A stretch of DNA of 64,000 bases from the NCBI GenBank assembly GCA_036336695.1, contig JAYZFQ010000128.1, forward strand, positions 6,962-70,961, written 5' to 3'. Both the position numbers and the translations under genes were made by a program. The notes beneath the pieces are model-generated. The model saw only the letters and a list, made by a program, of their open reading frames with translations. It searched no databases and was not told the origin of the DNA. The DNA comes from Myxococcota bacterium. Its GTDB lineage: Bacteria > Myxococcota_A > UBA9160 > SMWR01. Shown piece by piece: positions 44,341-53,929 of the stretch (positions are counted from its first letter, which is position 1; each line of letters starts with the position of its first letter).

Positions 44341-45189
44341 GTGGCAAAGAAGCGCAACAAGACGAAGCGCGCCAAGAGCCGGGGCAAGTGGCGGACCCGC
44401 GCCCAGAGCGCAGACAAGTACGAACTCTACGAAAAGAGCGTGCAGCAACCCGAGGCCGACGCGGCGCTGGTCGCGCGGATCTACAAGCAGCATTTTTCCC
44501 GAGAGGCCCAAACGCTGCGGGAAGACTTCTGCGGCACGGCGGCCTTCGCCTGCGAATGGGTCAAGCGGAGCCGGGAAAACCGCGCCTGGGGCATCGACCT
44601 CGACCCGGAACCCCTTGCCTGGGGCAAAGACCGGCACATCGCGCTGCTGGACCCCGCCCAGACCGAAAGGCTCACCCTCTACCAGGGCGACGTGCTCGAA
44701 GTCCGCCACGAACTCGTCGAGGTGACGGCGGCCTTCAACTTCTCCTACTTCCTGTTCCGCACGCGGGATGAACTCCGCAACTACCTGGAAGTCGCCCGAA
44801 AGACGCTCACCGACGACGGCATGCTGATCCTGGACGCCTACGGCGGTGCCGAGGCCCAGCGGTGCCAGGTCGAGAAACGCAGCGTCGACGGCTTCACCTA
44901 TGTCTGGGACCAGAACGCGTTCGACCCGATCGACCACTCGGTCACGAATTTCATCCACTTCGAATTCCCGGACGGCAGCAAGCTGAAGAAGGCCTTCCGG
45001 TACGACTGGCGGCTGTGGACCATTCCCGAAATCCGCGAACTGCTGGTGGAAGCCGGGTTCCGCGAGACCGAGGTGTACTGGGAGGGGACCGACCGGGAGA
45101 CCGGAGAAGGCAACGGCGTCTTCCGGCGCTGCGAAAAAGCACCCGAGGATCCGGCCTGGATCTGCTACATCGCCGCGTTCGGGAAATAG
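44341..45189 (+). CDS. class I SAM-dependent methyltransferase-like protein with basic N-terminal tail
   Basis: GTG start gives VAKKRNKTKRAKSRGKWRTR. It has a motif-I-like LREDFCGTAAF and also ILDAYGG. Confidence 0.7.
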   Translation: MAKKRNKTKRAKSRGKWRTRAQSADKYELYEKSVQQPEADAALVARIYKQHFSREAQTLREDFCGTAAFACEWVKRSRENRAWGIDLDPEPLAWGKDRHIALLDPAQTERLTLYQGDVLEVRHELVEVTAAFNFSYFLFRTRDELRNYLEVARKTLTDDGMLILDAYGGAEAQRCQVEKRSVDGFTYVWDQNAFDPIDHSVTNFIHFEFPDGSKLKKAFRYDWRLWTIPEIRELLVEAGFRETEVYWEGTDRETGEGNGVFRRCEKAPEDPAWICYIAAFGK

Positions 45190-45243
45190 CTTTCCCTTCC
45201 GATCCCTTTTTGGGACTATCCGTGGCGAACAAGGGGGGTTCCG

Positions 45244-45744
45244 ATGCGGTGGGGGGAAGTCCACGAGATTCCTTGCTCGATCGCGCGAGCGCTCGCCGTC
45301 GTGGGTGAGCGCTGGACACTGCTGATTTTGCGAGAGATTTTCTTCGGAGCCCGCCGCTTCGACGAGTTGCGCCGGCGTCTGGGGATCGCGCGAAACGTCC
45401 TGGCGACCCGGCTCGACCACCTCGTGGACCACGGGGTCCTGGAGAAGGTGGCCTACCAGGACCGCCCTGCCCGCTACGAGTACCGCCTGACCCGCAAGGG
45501 AAGGGAGTTGTACCCGGTCCTGCTCGCCCTCCTGCAGTGGGGGGACCGCTGGCAGTCCGGCACGGGTCCGCCCAGCCTGACCCTGGTCCACACGAGTTGC
45601 GGCGCGCCCATCGAACCCGTCACGGCCTGCGGGCACTGCGGAGACCCGCTCGCGCCCGCCACGACGCGCGCGCGCATGAGCGCCGAACGGCTTTCTGCTC
45701 CCAGCGCGTTGGATTCCGCGCCGCCCCCCCATGCCGGTCGCTGA
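45244..45744 (+). CDS. HxlR-family transcriptional regulator with Cys/His-rich C-terminal extension
   Basis: CSIARALAVVGERWTLLILREIFFGARRFDEL... is a winged helix. The C-terminal extension has HTSCGAPIEPVTACGHCG. Confidence 0.82.
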   Translation: MRWGEVHEIPCSIARALAVVGERWTLLILREIFFGARRFDELRRRLGIARNVLATRLDHLVDHGVLEKVAYQDRPARYEYRLTRKGRELYPVLLALLQWGDRWQSGTGPPSLTLVHTSCGAPIEPVTACGHCGDPLAPATTRARMSAERLSAPSALDSAPPPHAGR

Positions 45745-46498
45745 CTTCGGCCTCGAAGGCAAGGTCGCCATCGTCACCGGGGCGAGCCGGGGGATCGGAC
45801 GGTCGATCGCCCTGGGTCTTGCGGAACACGGGGCCCACGTCGCCCTGGCGGCCCGAAAACCGGAGTCACTCGAGGAGGCGGCCGAAGCCATTCGCGCCAA
45901 GGGAACCCGTGCGCTCGGCGTTTCGACGAACGTTCGGCGCCCCGAAGAACTCCAGCGACTGGTGGAAGAAACCGTTCGAGAATTCGGGCGTATCGACATC
46001 CTGGTCAACAACGCGGGGACGACACCCGTGTTCGGTCCCGTACAGGAAATCGACGAAGGCGCCTGGGACGTGATCATGAACACGAACGTGAAGGCGCCGC
46101 ACCTGCTCGGAAACTTCGCACGCGAAGCCATGCTGGCGCATGGAGAGGGCGGCAGCATGATCAACGTGAGCTCCATGGGCGGGATTCGGGCTTCGGAGGT
46201 CATCGGGGGCTACTCCGTCTCGAAGGCCGCGCTCATCATGCTGACCCAGGTCCAGGCCAAGTGCTGGGGTCCCGACGGAATCCGTGTCAACTGCATCGCC
46301 CCGGGCCTGATCAAGACCGAGTTCGCGCGCACGCTGTGGGACGACCCGAAAATCAGCCGGGCCTCGATCCGAGAGGCGGCCCTGGGCCGACTGGGCGACG
46401 CCGACGAAATGGCTGGCGCCGTGGTCTACCTCTGCAGCCCCGCCGCATCCTTCGTCACGGGCCAGACCCTGGTGCTCGACGGAGGGCGCATCCTCTAA
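45731..46498 (+). CDS. SDR family oxidoreductase
   Basis: TGASRGIG, NNAG and YSVSKAA motifs. Its start overlaps the HxlR gene by 14 nt. Confidence 0.9.
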   Translation: MPVADFGLEGKVAIVTGASRGIGRSIALGLAEHGAHVALAARKPESLEEAAEAIRAKGTRALGVSTNVRRPEELQRLVEETVREFGRIDILVNNAGTTPVFGPVQEIDEGAWDVIMNTNVKAPHLLGNFAREAMLAHGEGGSMINVSSMGGIRASEVIGGYSVSKAALIMLTQVQAKCWGPDGIRVNCIAPGLIKTEFARTLWDDPKISRASIREAALGRLGDADEMAGAVVYLCSPAASFVTGQTLVLDGGRIL

Positions 46499-46522
46499 CC
46501 GGCGGGTCGGGCCGCGCTGCGG

Positions 46523-47155
46523 CTACGGACTCGCGGCGAACTCGGCGTTCCGATCGGACAGCCGGTCGATCAGGCCCTGGGGCCCGTTTCGGGACAGGAT
46601 CGAACGGAACTGGTCGCGATAGTTGAGCACCAGGCTGATGCCCTCGACCTTGACGTCGATCACCCGCCAGATCCCGTCCTCGGCCCGCAGGCGGTATTCC
46701 ACCTCCGCGCCCCCATAGTTGCCACCGACGATCTCGGTCATGACCTTGACATCCCCCCGAGGCGCGGGCGCCTGACCGACCACGAGCACCGTCTCCTCGG
46801 AGTAGCGGTCGATCCGCTCCCCGTAGGTACGCGCGAGGAAGGCCTTGAACTCGCGGATGAATGTCTCCTTCTGCTCCGGCGAGAACTCGCGCCAGTACCG
46901 GGCAACGACCAACTGGGACATGGTGACGAAATCGAAGCGCTCCCACGCAATCTTCTCGATCCGACTCCGACGCCCCGCGGTATCCAGCGCGCTGTCGTTG
47001 AGGATGACGATCACCTCGTCGACGGTCTTCTGGATGAGCGCAGTTGCGCCCGAGGGATCCGATGCGCCGCTCGCGGGCGCTGCCAGCAGTGCCAGGAGAA
47101 GCGGTGCGCTGCGGAGAATTCTCAACGCGCTAGTCCTGCGCCGGTCGGTCGGCAT
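46523..47155 (-). CDS. mlaC: phospholipid-binding periplasmic protein MlaC (Ttg2D family)
   Basis: Signal peptide followed by ERFDFVTMSQLVVARYWREFSPEQ. It is the last gene of the mla string. Confidence 0.82.
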   Translation of the reverse strand: MPTDRRRTSALRILRSAPLLLALLAAPASGASDPSGATALIQKTVDEVIVILNDSALDTAGRRSRIEKIAWERFDFVTMSQLVVARYWREFSPEQKETFIREFKAFLARTYGERIDRYSEETVLVVGQAPAPRGDVKVMTEIVGGNYGGAEVEYRLRAEDGIWRVIDVKVEGISLVLNYRDQFRSILSRNGPQGLIDRLSDRNAEFAASP

Positions 47156-47987
47156 CGATTTCCAATCCCGGGAAATAGTCGTAATCCTTCAGGGCGTCCT
47201 TGTCATCGTCGATCAAGTTGGCCCGGTACTGAGAATAGGCGTTGCGAACCGAGACGTACCAATCGAGCGATGCACGCCGCTCCGTGTCGAGCTGGTCCCG
47301 AATCAGCGATCGCCGGTTCAGGGCGTCGGCTCCCGCCAGGCCGAAACTCACCGCGAGAGGAATGAAGAACCCGATCGCCCGGAGTCCGGTATCCACGATC
47401 AGACCGAACCCATCCCGAAGATTGGAGGGTCCGAAGAACGGGAGCATCAGGTAGGGACCCGGCGGGACGCCCCAGAAGCCGAGGGTCTGGCCGAAGTCCT
47501 CGGGCTTGCGGTGGAGCCCGAGCGTCGACGCGGGATCCATCAAACCGGCGATCCCCACCGTCGAGTTCAGGAGAAAGCGCGCCAGACAGACACCGGCCTG
47601 GGTCATGTCGAGTTGGAAGACATCGTTGGCGAAATCGATCGGGAAGCGGAGGTTGTCGAAGGCGTTCCGAATGGCGTGCTGGACGAAGTCGGGAAGCACG
47701 TAGTCCCAGGCCTTCGAGACCGGCTCGATTGCGTACCGGTCGAGGCCTTCGTTGAGCCGGAAGATCTGCCGGTTCATCGGCTCCAGGGGGTCGCCCTGCG
47801 CCACGTCCTCCTCGTACTCCTCCTCGAAGTCGAGTTCGTCGTGATGGGCGGCCGCGTCGGACGATGCAGCGGCCGTGTCCGGGACGGGATCTTCCGCGCG
47901 TGCCGCGGTGGCCCACATCGGACCGGCCCCGAGACACGCCAGCGCAAGGGCGAAAAGCCACCCCGAGGCCCGGCTCATGCTTCCCAT
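47130..47987 (-). CDS. mlaA: MlaA/VacJ family outer-membrane lipoprotein
   Basis: Lipobox LALAC, then DPLEPMNRQIFRLNEGLD and FWGVPPGPYLMLPFFGPSNLRD. Confidence 0.85.
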   Translation of the reverse strand: MGSMSRASGWLFALALACLGAGPMWATAARAEDPVPDTAAASSDAAAHHDELDFEEEYEEDVAQGDPLEPMNRQIFRLNEGLDRYAIEPVSKAWDYVLPDFVQHAIRNAFDNLRFPIDFANDVFQLDMTQAGVCLARFLLNSTVGIAGLMDPASTLGLHRKPEDFGQTLGFWGVPPGPYLMLPFFGPSNLRDGFGLIVDTGLRAIGFFIPLAVSFGLAGADALNRRSLIRDQLDTERRASLDWYVSVRNAYSQYRANLIDDDKDALKDYDYFPGLEIDADRPAQD

Positions 47988-48445
47988 TACTGCTCCTCCA
48001 ACCCCGCGTCGTTCACGAAGCGGCCGATCAGCCGCTCGATGGAAAGTGCGCTCTCCGTCAGTTCGATCTCGTCGCCGGTCTGTAGGATATCCTCCTCAGC
48101 GCCGGGCTCCAGCGCCACGAACTGGTCCCCCAGAACGCCGGACGTGAGGATTCGCGCGGCACTGTCCACCGGCACCTCGAGTTCCCCGTCGAGTTCGAGG
48201 ACGACACGCGCCCGCAGCAATTCGTCCAGCTCGACGCCCGACACCTCGCCGACCTTCACGCCGGAGATCGACACCGGCGAGCGCTGCTTGAGCCCCCCGA
48301 CATCGTCGAAGGCGGCGTAAACCGTGAGGCCGCCCGGGCGTTTCCAGGAAAGGCCGCCGACCTGGAACGTCAGGTACCCGAGCGCCCCAAGCCCCACCAG
48401 GACGAAGAGTCCCACCAGGAGATCTCGGACGGGCGAAGGCTGCAT
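47987..48445 (-). CDS. mlaD: MlaD (MCE-domain) protein
   Basis: Starts at M23 of ORF 47987..48511, preceded by GGAGGA. It has an N-terminal transmembrane helix and the MCE core SPVSISGVKVGEVSGVEL. Confidence 0.85.
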   Translation of the reverse strand: MQPSPVRDLLVGLFVLVGLGALGYLTFQVGGLSWKRPGGLTVYAAFDDVGGLKQRSPVSISGVKVGEVSGVELDELLRARVVLELDGELEVPVDSAARILTSGVLGDQFVALEPGAEEDILQTGDEIELTESALSIERLIGRFVNDAGLEEQ

Positions 48446-48461
48446 CTGGAATCCTCCCCGC

Positions 48462-49238
48462 TCACACGCCCCAGAGGGCCGTGATGGCGTAGTCGAAGAC
48501 GAGGACCGCAACGGACGCGGTCACCACGGTCCCTGTGGTGGCGGCGCTGACACCGGCTGCCGTGGGCTCTGCGGTATAGCCCCGGTAGGTCGCAATGATG
48601 GCGACCAGGGTTCCGAACACCACGGATTTGAGCACGCTTCCCGCAATGTCCTGGCCGAAGACGATCGCCGATTCCAGGCTGGACCAGTACTGGCCGCCGT
48701 CCAGCCCGAGGTAGGACACGCCCACCAGGTATCCGCCGAAGATCGCGAAGACGATGAAGAGCGCGTTCAGCAGCGGCATTGCCACCACCATCGCCTTCGC
48801 CTTGGGCGCAACCACGAAGTCGAGCGGATCGACGGACATCATGCGGAGCCCGTCGAGTTGCTCCGTGGTCACCATGGTCGCGATCTGGGCCGCCATGGCT
48901 GACGCCGCACGTCCCGTCACCAGGAGTGCCGTCAATACCGGGCCGAGTTCGCGCACCAGCACGAGCCCGACCACGGCACCCAGGGAGCCTTCCGCACCGA
49001 AGCGAGCCAGGTTGTAGTAGCCCTGGAGCGCCAGCACCGCGCCCACCGTGAGCCCGGACAGGCAGATGATCGCCAGGGACAGCACCCCGACGTCGTAGAG
49101 TTCTTCGATGAAGCGCCGGACGCGGTAGCGCGGCAAGACGCCGGCGCGCACCACGCCGCCCACGAATACACCCATGCGGCCGAGTTCGCTCACGGAGCCG
49201 AGCACGCGCAGGCCCAGGCGCTCGATGGGACGCCTCAC
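48462..49238 (-). CDS. mlaE: MlaE ABC transporter permease
   Basis: 258 aa with RELGPVLTALLVTGRAASAMAAQIATM. Confidence 0.9.
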   Translation of the reverse strand: MRRPIERLGLRVLGSVSELGRMGVFVGGVVRAGVLPRYRVRRFIEELYDVGVLSLAIICLSGLTVGAVLALQGYYNLARFGAEGSLGAVVGLVLVRELGPVLTALLVTGRAASAMAAQIATMVTTEQLDGLRMMSVDPLDFVVAPKAKAMVVAMPLLNALFIVFAIFGGYLVGVSYLGLDGGQYWSSLESAIVFGQDIAGSVLKSVVFGTLVAIIATYRGYTAEPTAAGVSAATTGTVVTASVAVLVFDYAITALWGV

Positions 49239-50023
49239 CCCGTGCTCCCTTCGGCGGGCACCTCATCGCCCCGCTCGGCGGCCAGGAAATCGACGATCGC
49301 GCGTTCGGAGCTGTCGGCCAGGCGATCCGGCTCGCCCGACACGGCACGCCCCTCGGTCAGGAATACGATCCGGTGGGCCATGCGCATGGACGATGCCAGG
49401 TGATGCGAAGCGACGAGCATCGTGAGCCCCAGGCGCTGGTTGAGATCGACCAGGAGCCTCTCGATGCGCCGCACATTGAGCGGATCGAGCCCCGAGAACG
49501 GCTCGTCGCAGAGCACGATCTCGGGTTCCGTCACCAGGGCGCGGGCCAGGGCCGCACGCCGGCTCATGCCGCCGGAGAGTTCGCGCGGATAGAGAGGTCC
49601 GGCGTCGGGAAGACCGACCGAGTCCAGGCGCCGCGCCACCTCGGTGGCGATCTCCGTTTCGCTCCGGTCCGAGTGTTCCCGCAACGGCAGCGCCACATTG
49701 TCGGCAACGGTCATGGAATCGAGCAACGCCCCGTACTGGAAGAGCATCCCGATCCGGTCGCGCATGCGGTAGAGGTCGGCGTGACCGAGCGCCGCGACAT
49801 CCTGGCCGGCGACCCGCACCGCCCCGGAGTCGGGACGCGTGAGCCCGCCGATCAGCCGCAGCAACGTGCTCTTCCCGGCACCGCTCTCGCCGAGAATCAC
49901 CGTGATCTGGCCGCGGACGAAGCCGCAACTGAGCCCCTGGAACACGCGGCGGCCCGCCCGGGACAGGTGGACACCGTCCACGGCGATCCGAAACTCGTCC
50001 AGAACCTCTGCGCGGTCCGCCAC
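49235..50023 (-). CDS. mlaF: MlaF ABC transporter ATP-binding protein
   Basis: Walker A GESGAGKST, signature LSGGMSRR and Walker B VLCDEPFSGLD. It overlaps mlaE by 4 nt. Confidence 0.9.
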   Translation of the reverse strand: MADRAEVLDEFRIAVDGVHLSRAGRRVFQGLSCGFVRGQITVILGESGAGKSTLLRLIGGLTRPDSGAVRVAGQDVAALGHADLYRMRDRIGMLFQYGALLDSMTVADNVALPLREHSDRSETEIATEVARRLDSVGLPDAGPLYPRELSGGMSRRAALARALVTEPEIVLCDEPFSGLDPLNVRRIERLLVDLNQRLGLTMLVASHHLASSMRMAHRIVFLTEGRAVSGEPDRLADSSERAIVDFLAAERGDEVPAEGSTG

Positions 50024-50155
50024 GCCTCCCCCCGAAGTCCAGTCGTCGCGCGGATACTAGCCCGAGTGGGCCCGAGGCGTGACGCGGCCGGGGGTCGATC
50101 CGTGCCCCGTCTTTGCCACACTCACAGCCCTCGCACCGAACGCACAGGAGGCGGG

Positions 50156-50926
50156 ATGCCCCGGGACGCCGCGAAGTCGCCCCCCCAAAACGGGACAGGA
50201 GCCGAGTTGGTCGCCGCCGCCCGTGCGCTCGAGCGGAGCGTGGGCCGCCTGCGCTTCGGGCGCCCCGTCACCCACGTCTACAACCCGCTCTCCTACGCAC
50301 GCCGCGCCCACGCGGCCTACCTGGAACGCTACGGCGCTTCACCCAAGCGGGTCGTCTTCCTCGGCATGAACCCCGGACCCTTCGGAATGGCCCAGACCGG
50401 CGTCCCTTTCGGCGCGGTCGCACCGGTGCGCGACTGGCTGCAGGTGGAGGCCCGAATCGGGCGCCCGCGGCTCGAACACCCCAAGCGGCCCGTACTCGGT
50501 CTCGACTGCCCGCGAAACGAGGTGAGCGGAGAACGTCTCTGGGGAGCAATCCGCGCCCATTGGAAACACCCCGCACGTTTCTTCCGCAGCCATTTCGTCG
50601 CGAACTACTGCCCGCTCCTGTTCCTCGAGGAGACGGGGCGCAACCGCACGCCGGACAAGCTCGCCGCTGGAGAGCGCGAACCCCTCTTCAAAGCCTGCGA
50701 CCGGCACCTCGTCCGGCTGGTCGATGCCCTCGACCCGGACTGGGTGGTGGGAATCGGCGCGTTCGCCGAGGAGCGCGCCCGCACGGTCCTGGCGGGGCGC
50801 AACCTGAAGATCGGCCGGGTACTCCACCCCAGCCCGGCGAACCCACGCGCTCAGAAGGACTGGGCGGGAACCGTAGGAAGGGAACTCGCAGACCTGGGCA
50901 TCTGCCAGCGCGGAGGTACGCGATGA
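50156..50926 (+). CDS. SMUG1-family single-strand-selective uracil-DNA glycosylase
   Basis: GMNPGPFGMAQTGVPFG and HPSPANP motifs. AGGAGG Shine-Dalgarno sequence upstream. Confidence 0.83.
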   Translation: MPRDAAKSPPQNGTGAELVAAARALERSVGRLRFGRPVTHVYNPLSYARRAHAAYLERYGASPKRVVFLGMNPGPFGMAQTGVPFGAVAPVRDWLQVEARIGRPRLEHPKRPVLGLDCPRNEVSGERLWGAIRAHWKHPARFFRSHFVANYCPLLFLEETGRNRTPDKLAAGEREPLFKACDRHLVRLVDALDPDWVVGIGAFAEERARTVLAGRNLKIGRVLHPSPANPRAQKDWAGTVGRELADLGICQRGGTR

Positions 50927-52431
50927 AGGCATCCTGGAGCCGAATCCTGCTCGGAGGACTCTCGATCACGCTCGCCTGGAGCGCGAGTGCCGCGGGAGAG
51001 GGCCCCGAAAAATGGCTCCGGGACGGGCGGAAAGCGGTAGAACGCGCCCGGTCCCTGCAGCCGGCCGGTGCGCGCGCCAAGAACGTGATCGTCTTCATCG
51101 GGGACGGGATGGACCTTTCCACGATCACGGCGGCGCGGATCCTCGAGGGACAGTTCCAGGGAGGGACCGGCGAGTCGAACCGCCTCGCGTTCGAGGAGCT
51201 TCCCCACGTCGCCCTGGCGAAGACCTACAACACGAACCAGCAGGTTCCCGATTCGGCCGGAACGATGACCGCCATCCTGACTGGCGCAAAAACGCGAGCG
51301 GGCGTCGTCGGACTCGACGAACGCGCGACCCGCGGCGATGCGTCCAGCGCCACCGGACACGAGTTGAGAAACCTCTTCCAGCAGGCCGAGGAACGCGGTG
51401 TGGCCACGGGCATCGTGACGACGACACGGGTCACCCACGCGACGCCGGCCGCCGCGTACGCGCACACGCCGGAGCGCAACTGGGAAGACGACACCGATCT
51501 CTCCAGCGCCGCCCGGGAAGCCGGTTTCCGAGACATCGCCCGCCAGCTCGTCGAGTGGCGCTACGGAGACGGGATCGACGTGGTGCTCGGTGGCGGGCGC
51601 AGCCAGTTCCTACCACGAGAGCGCAGCGACCCTGAATACCCGGACATCAAGGGGCGGCGAGCAGACGGTCGAGACCTGGTCGCCGAATGGCAGGCGCGCC
51701 ACCCGGCGGGTCGCACGGTGTGGAACCGGGCCGAGTTCGATGCCGTGGACCCTGGGGAGACCCGTAGTCTGTTGGGCCTGTTCGAGCCGAGCCACATGCA
51801 GTTCGAGCTCGAACGCAGCAAGGACAAATCGGGAGAACCCTCCCTCGCCGCCATGACCGAAAAGGCCATCGCCATCCTGGCCCGGAACGCGAAGGGCTAC
51901 GTACTGCTCGTGGAAGGCGGGCGCATCGACCACGCCCACCATCTGGGCAACGCCCACCGGGCCCTGGTCGATACCATCGCGCTCTCCGACGCCGTCCGCG
52001 CGGCGCGCAAGCAGACGAGCGCCGAGGACACGCTGATCCTCGTCACGGCCGACCATGGCCACGTGCTCACGATCGCCGGCTACCCCACCCGGGGAAACCC
52101 GATCCTGGGCAAGGTGGTGGAGAACGACGAACGGGGGGAAGCCCGGTCCGATTTCGCCACGGACCGCAACGGGCTGCCGTACACCACCCTCGGCTACCAG
52201 AACGGCCCCGGGGTCCGAAAGATGCGCCCGGACCTGAGCACGGTGGACACCACCGAGCCCGAGTTCCGTCAGGAGGCGCTGGTGCCACTTGCCGCCGAGA
52301 CGCACTCGGGCGAGGACGTGCCGGTCTTCGCCGGCGGGCCGGGCGCGGCGCTCTTCCACGGGGTGCAAGAGCAGAGCTACCTCTACCACGCAATCGTCGA
52401 AGCGCTCGGCTGGGGCGAACCGGAATCCTGA
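50923..52431 (+). CDS. phoA: secreted alkaline phosphatase (PhoA family)
   Basis: Has a signal peptide. Motifs are GDGMDLS, the catalytic Ser in VPDSAGTMTA, and metal ligands in GGRIDHAHH, TADHGH and ETHSGEDV. Its ATG overlaps the SMUG stop (ATGA). Confidence 0.88.
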   Translation: MKASWSRILLGGLSITLAWSASAAGEGPEKWLRDGRKAVERARSLQPAGARAKNVIVFIGDGMDLSTITAARILEGQFQGGTGESNRLAFEELPHVALAKTYNTNQQVPDSAGTMTAILTGAKTRAGVVGLDERATRGDASSATGHELRNLFQQAEERGVATGIVTTTRVTHATPAAAYAHTPERNWEDDTDLSSAAREAGFRDIARQLVEWRYGDGIDVVLGGGRSQFLPRERSDPEYPDIKGRRADGRDLVAEWQARHPAGRTVWNRAEFDAVDPGETRSLLGLFEPSHMQFELERSKDKSGEPSLAAMTEKAIAILARNAKGYVLLVEGGRIDHAHHLGNAHRALVDTIALSDAVRAARKQTSAEDTLILVTADHGHVLTIAGYPTRGNPILGKVVENDERGEARSDFATDRNGLPYTTLGYQNGPGVRKMRPDLSTVDTTEPEFRQEALVPLAAETHSGEDVPVFAGGPGAALFHGVQEQSYLYHAIVEALGWGEPES

Positions 52432-52457
52432 GCTGCCGGAAAGTCCATCCCCGCGAC

Positions 52458-53108
52458 TCAGCGCAGCCGGCGGATGCGTTCCTCCCAGGTTCCGGTGGGG
52501 GTACGGAACAAGAGAACGCGCCGGTTGGTCGTCACGTTCACGAGGTTGGCACTGGCCTGCACCGATTCGATCCGCTCCTCCAAGTCCAGCTTGATCGGGA
52601 AGAACCCCCCGGCAACGGGGGAGAGGCCGAGGGCGCGCCGATCGGTCACGACCACCCCTGCATTCTCTCCGACTGCAACGTCGACCACGCGCTCCCGGAG
52701 ACCCAGCGACGTCTCGACGAGGTTTCCACTCCCCCCGTCGAAGCCGATCGCCCGGTTCGAAGTCACGATCAGGGCCACCCGGTCACCGAGCAAGGCCCGT
52801 TCGGGCAGAACCTCGCCCCGCTGACGAGCGGCAACCTGCCACGCAGCAGATCCCACGGCAGCGGCCAGGATTCGCTGGTCCGTGATCGCCACACCAACCC
52901 GGCCCCGCGCGCCGGACCAGGCCAGAGTTTCCTTCAACCGCAGGGGTACGCTGAGTTGCCCGCCGCTCTCGGCGTCAACGGCGATCAGGTCGCGGTCGAG
53001 CAGGAAGACCTCGAGCACGTCGGAGAGAGGCACCTGCAGCGACGGGGGCGCGGCAGCCGCCGTCCCGGCACCGACGACCAGCAACAGGAGGAACAAAACA
53101 CGGCGCAT
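52458..53108 (-). CDS. secreted hypothetical protein built from about five 38-aa repeats
   Basis: Starts at M75 of ORF 52458..53330. It has the signal peptide MRRVLFLLLLVVGAGTAAAA and a recurring pattern (VAITDQRIL, LIVTSNRAI, VVVTDRRAL, VNVTTNRRV). Confidence 0.6.
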   Translation of the reverse strand: MRRVLFLLLLVVGAGTAAAAPPSLQVPLSDVLEVFLLDRDLIAVDAESGGQLSVPLRLKETLAWSGARGRVGVAITDQRILAAAVGSAAWQVAARQRGEVLPERALLGDRVALIVTSNRAIGFDGGSGNLVETSLGLRERVVDVAVGENAGVVVTDRRALGLSPVAGGFFPIKLDLEERIESVQASANLVNVTTNRRVLLFRTPTGTWEERIRRLR

Positions 53109-53170
53109 GCCTTCAATCGATAGCGCCGACCGCTTCCCACGGCGAACCCGGCCAGCGGCCCGCGGAGGCA

Positions 53171-53929
53171 TCAGGAGTCGTTTTCCTGGGCTTCGAGCCA
53201 GGCCTCCGCCGCCCGGTAGGCCGCGACGGTTCCCACGTCGAAACGAGCGCCCCGCATCGCGTGGGTGAACACCGGCTCCCGTTCCGCGAGCCATGCCAGG
53301 AACGCGCCGGGGGGATCCGCAGCGGGGCACGCGGCCAGGAACGCGGGCAACTGCTCCAAGGCGCCCGGCTCCAGCACGTAGCAGGGAGGACAGGCCCAGT
53401 CGCTCGGCGGCTCGGCGGGCTTTTCGACGAAGCGCTCGATCCGACCCGCGTCGCCCAGGACCGCCACGCCACTGCGGCGGAGACGCGCGGGGTCCGGCTC
53501 ACGGTACGCCAAGACCAGATTGCGGGGCACCGCCGCCGCGTCTGCCAGAAATGCCCGAAGATCGCACCGGAACAGGTTGTCTCCCGCCGCGACGAGGGTC
53601 GGGCCGGTGGCCGGGTGTACGTCGAGGGCCAGGGCCAGGTCCCGACACGCGCCGAGACGCGTCTCGTTGTCCCGGGCGCCGTCGTTCACCAGGTCGAGGG
53701 CGAACCCCGCGTTCCGTCGCAGCCACCCGTCTCGCCACGCTTCGAAGTCGCCGGCAAAACGCCCGTTCGTCACCACGACGAGATGATCCACACGGCCCGT
53801 CGCCGCGAGCTGTTCGACGAGGTCGTCGAGGAGCGGTTTCCCGCGCACCGGCAACAGGGGCTTGGCACGGTCGGCGGTCAGCGGAAGGAGCCGCGTGGCG
53901 AAACCCGCGCAGAGAAGAACCGCCTTCAT
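53171..53929 (-). CDS. sugar-1-phosphate nucleotidyltransferase family protein
   Basis: N-terminus MKAVLLCAGFATRLLPLTADRAKPLLPV has the GxGTRL-type loop. Confidence 0.78.
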   Translation of the reverse strand: MKAVLLCAGFATRLLPLTADRAKPLLPVRGKPLLDDLVEQLAATGRVDHLVVVTNGRFAGDFEAWRDGWLRRNAGFALDLVNDGARDNETRLGACRDLALALDVHPATGPTLVAAGDNLFRCDLRAFLADAAAVPRNLVLAYREPDPARLRRSGVAVLGDAGRIERFVEKPAEPPSDWACPPCYVLEPGALEQLPAFLAACPAADPPGAFLAWLAEREPVFTHAMRGARFDVGTVAAYRAAEAWLEAQENDS

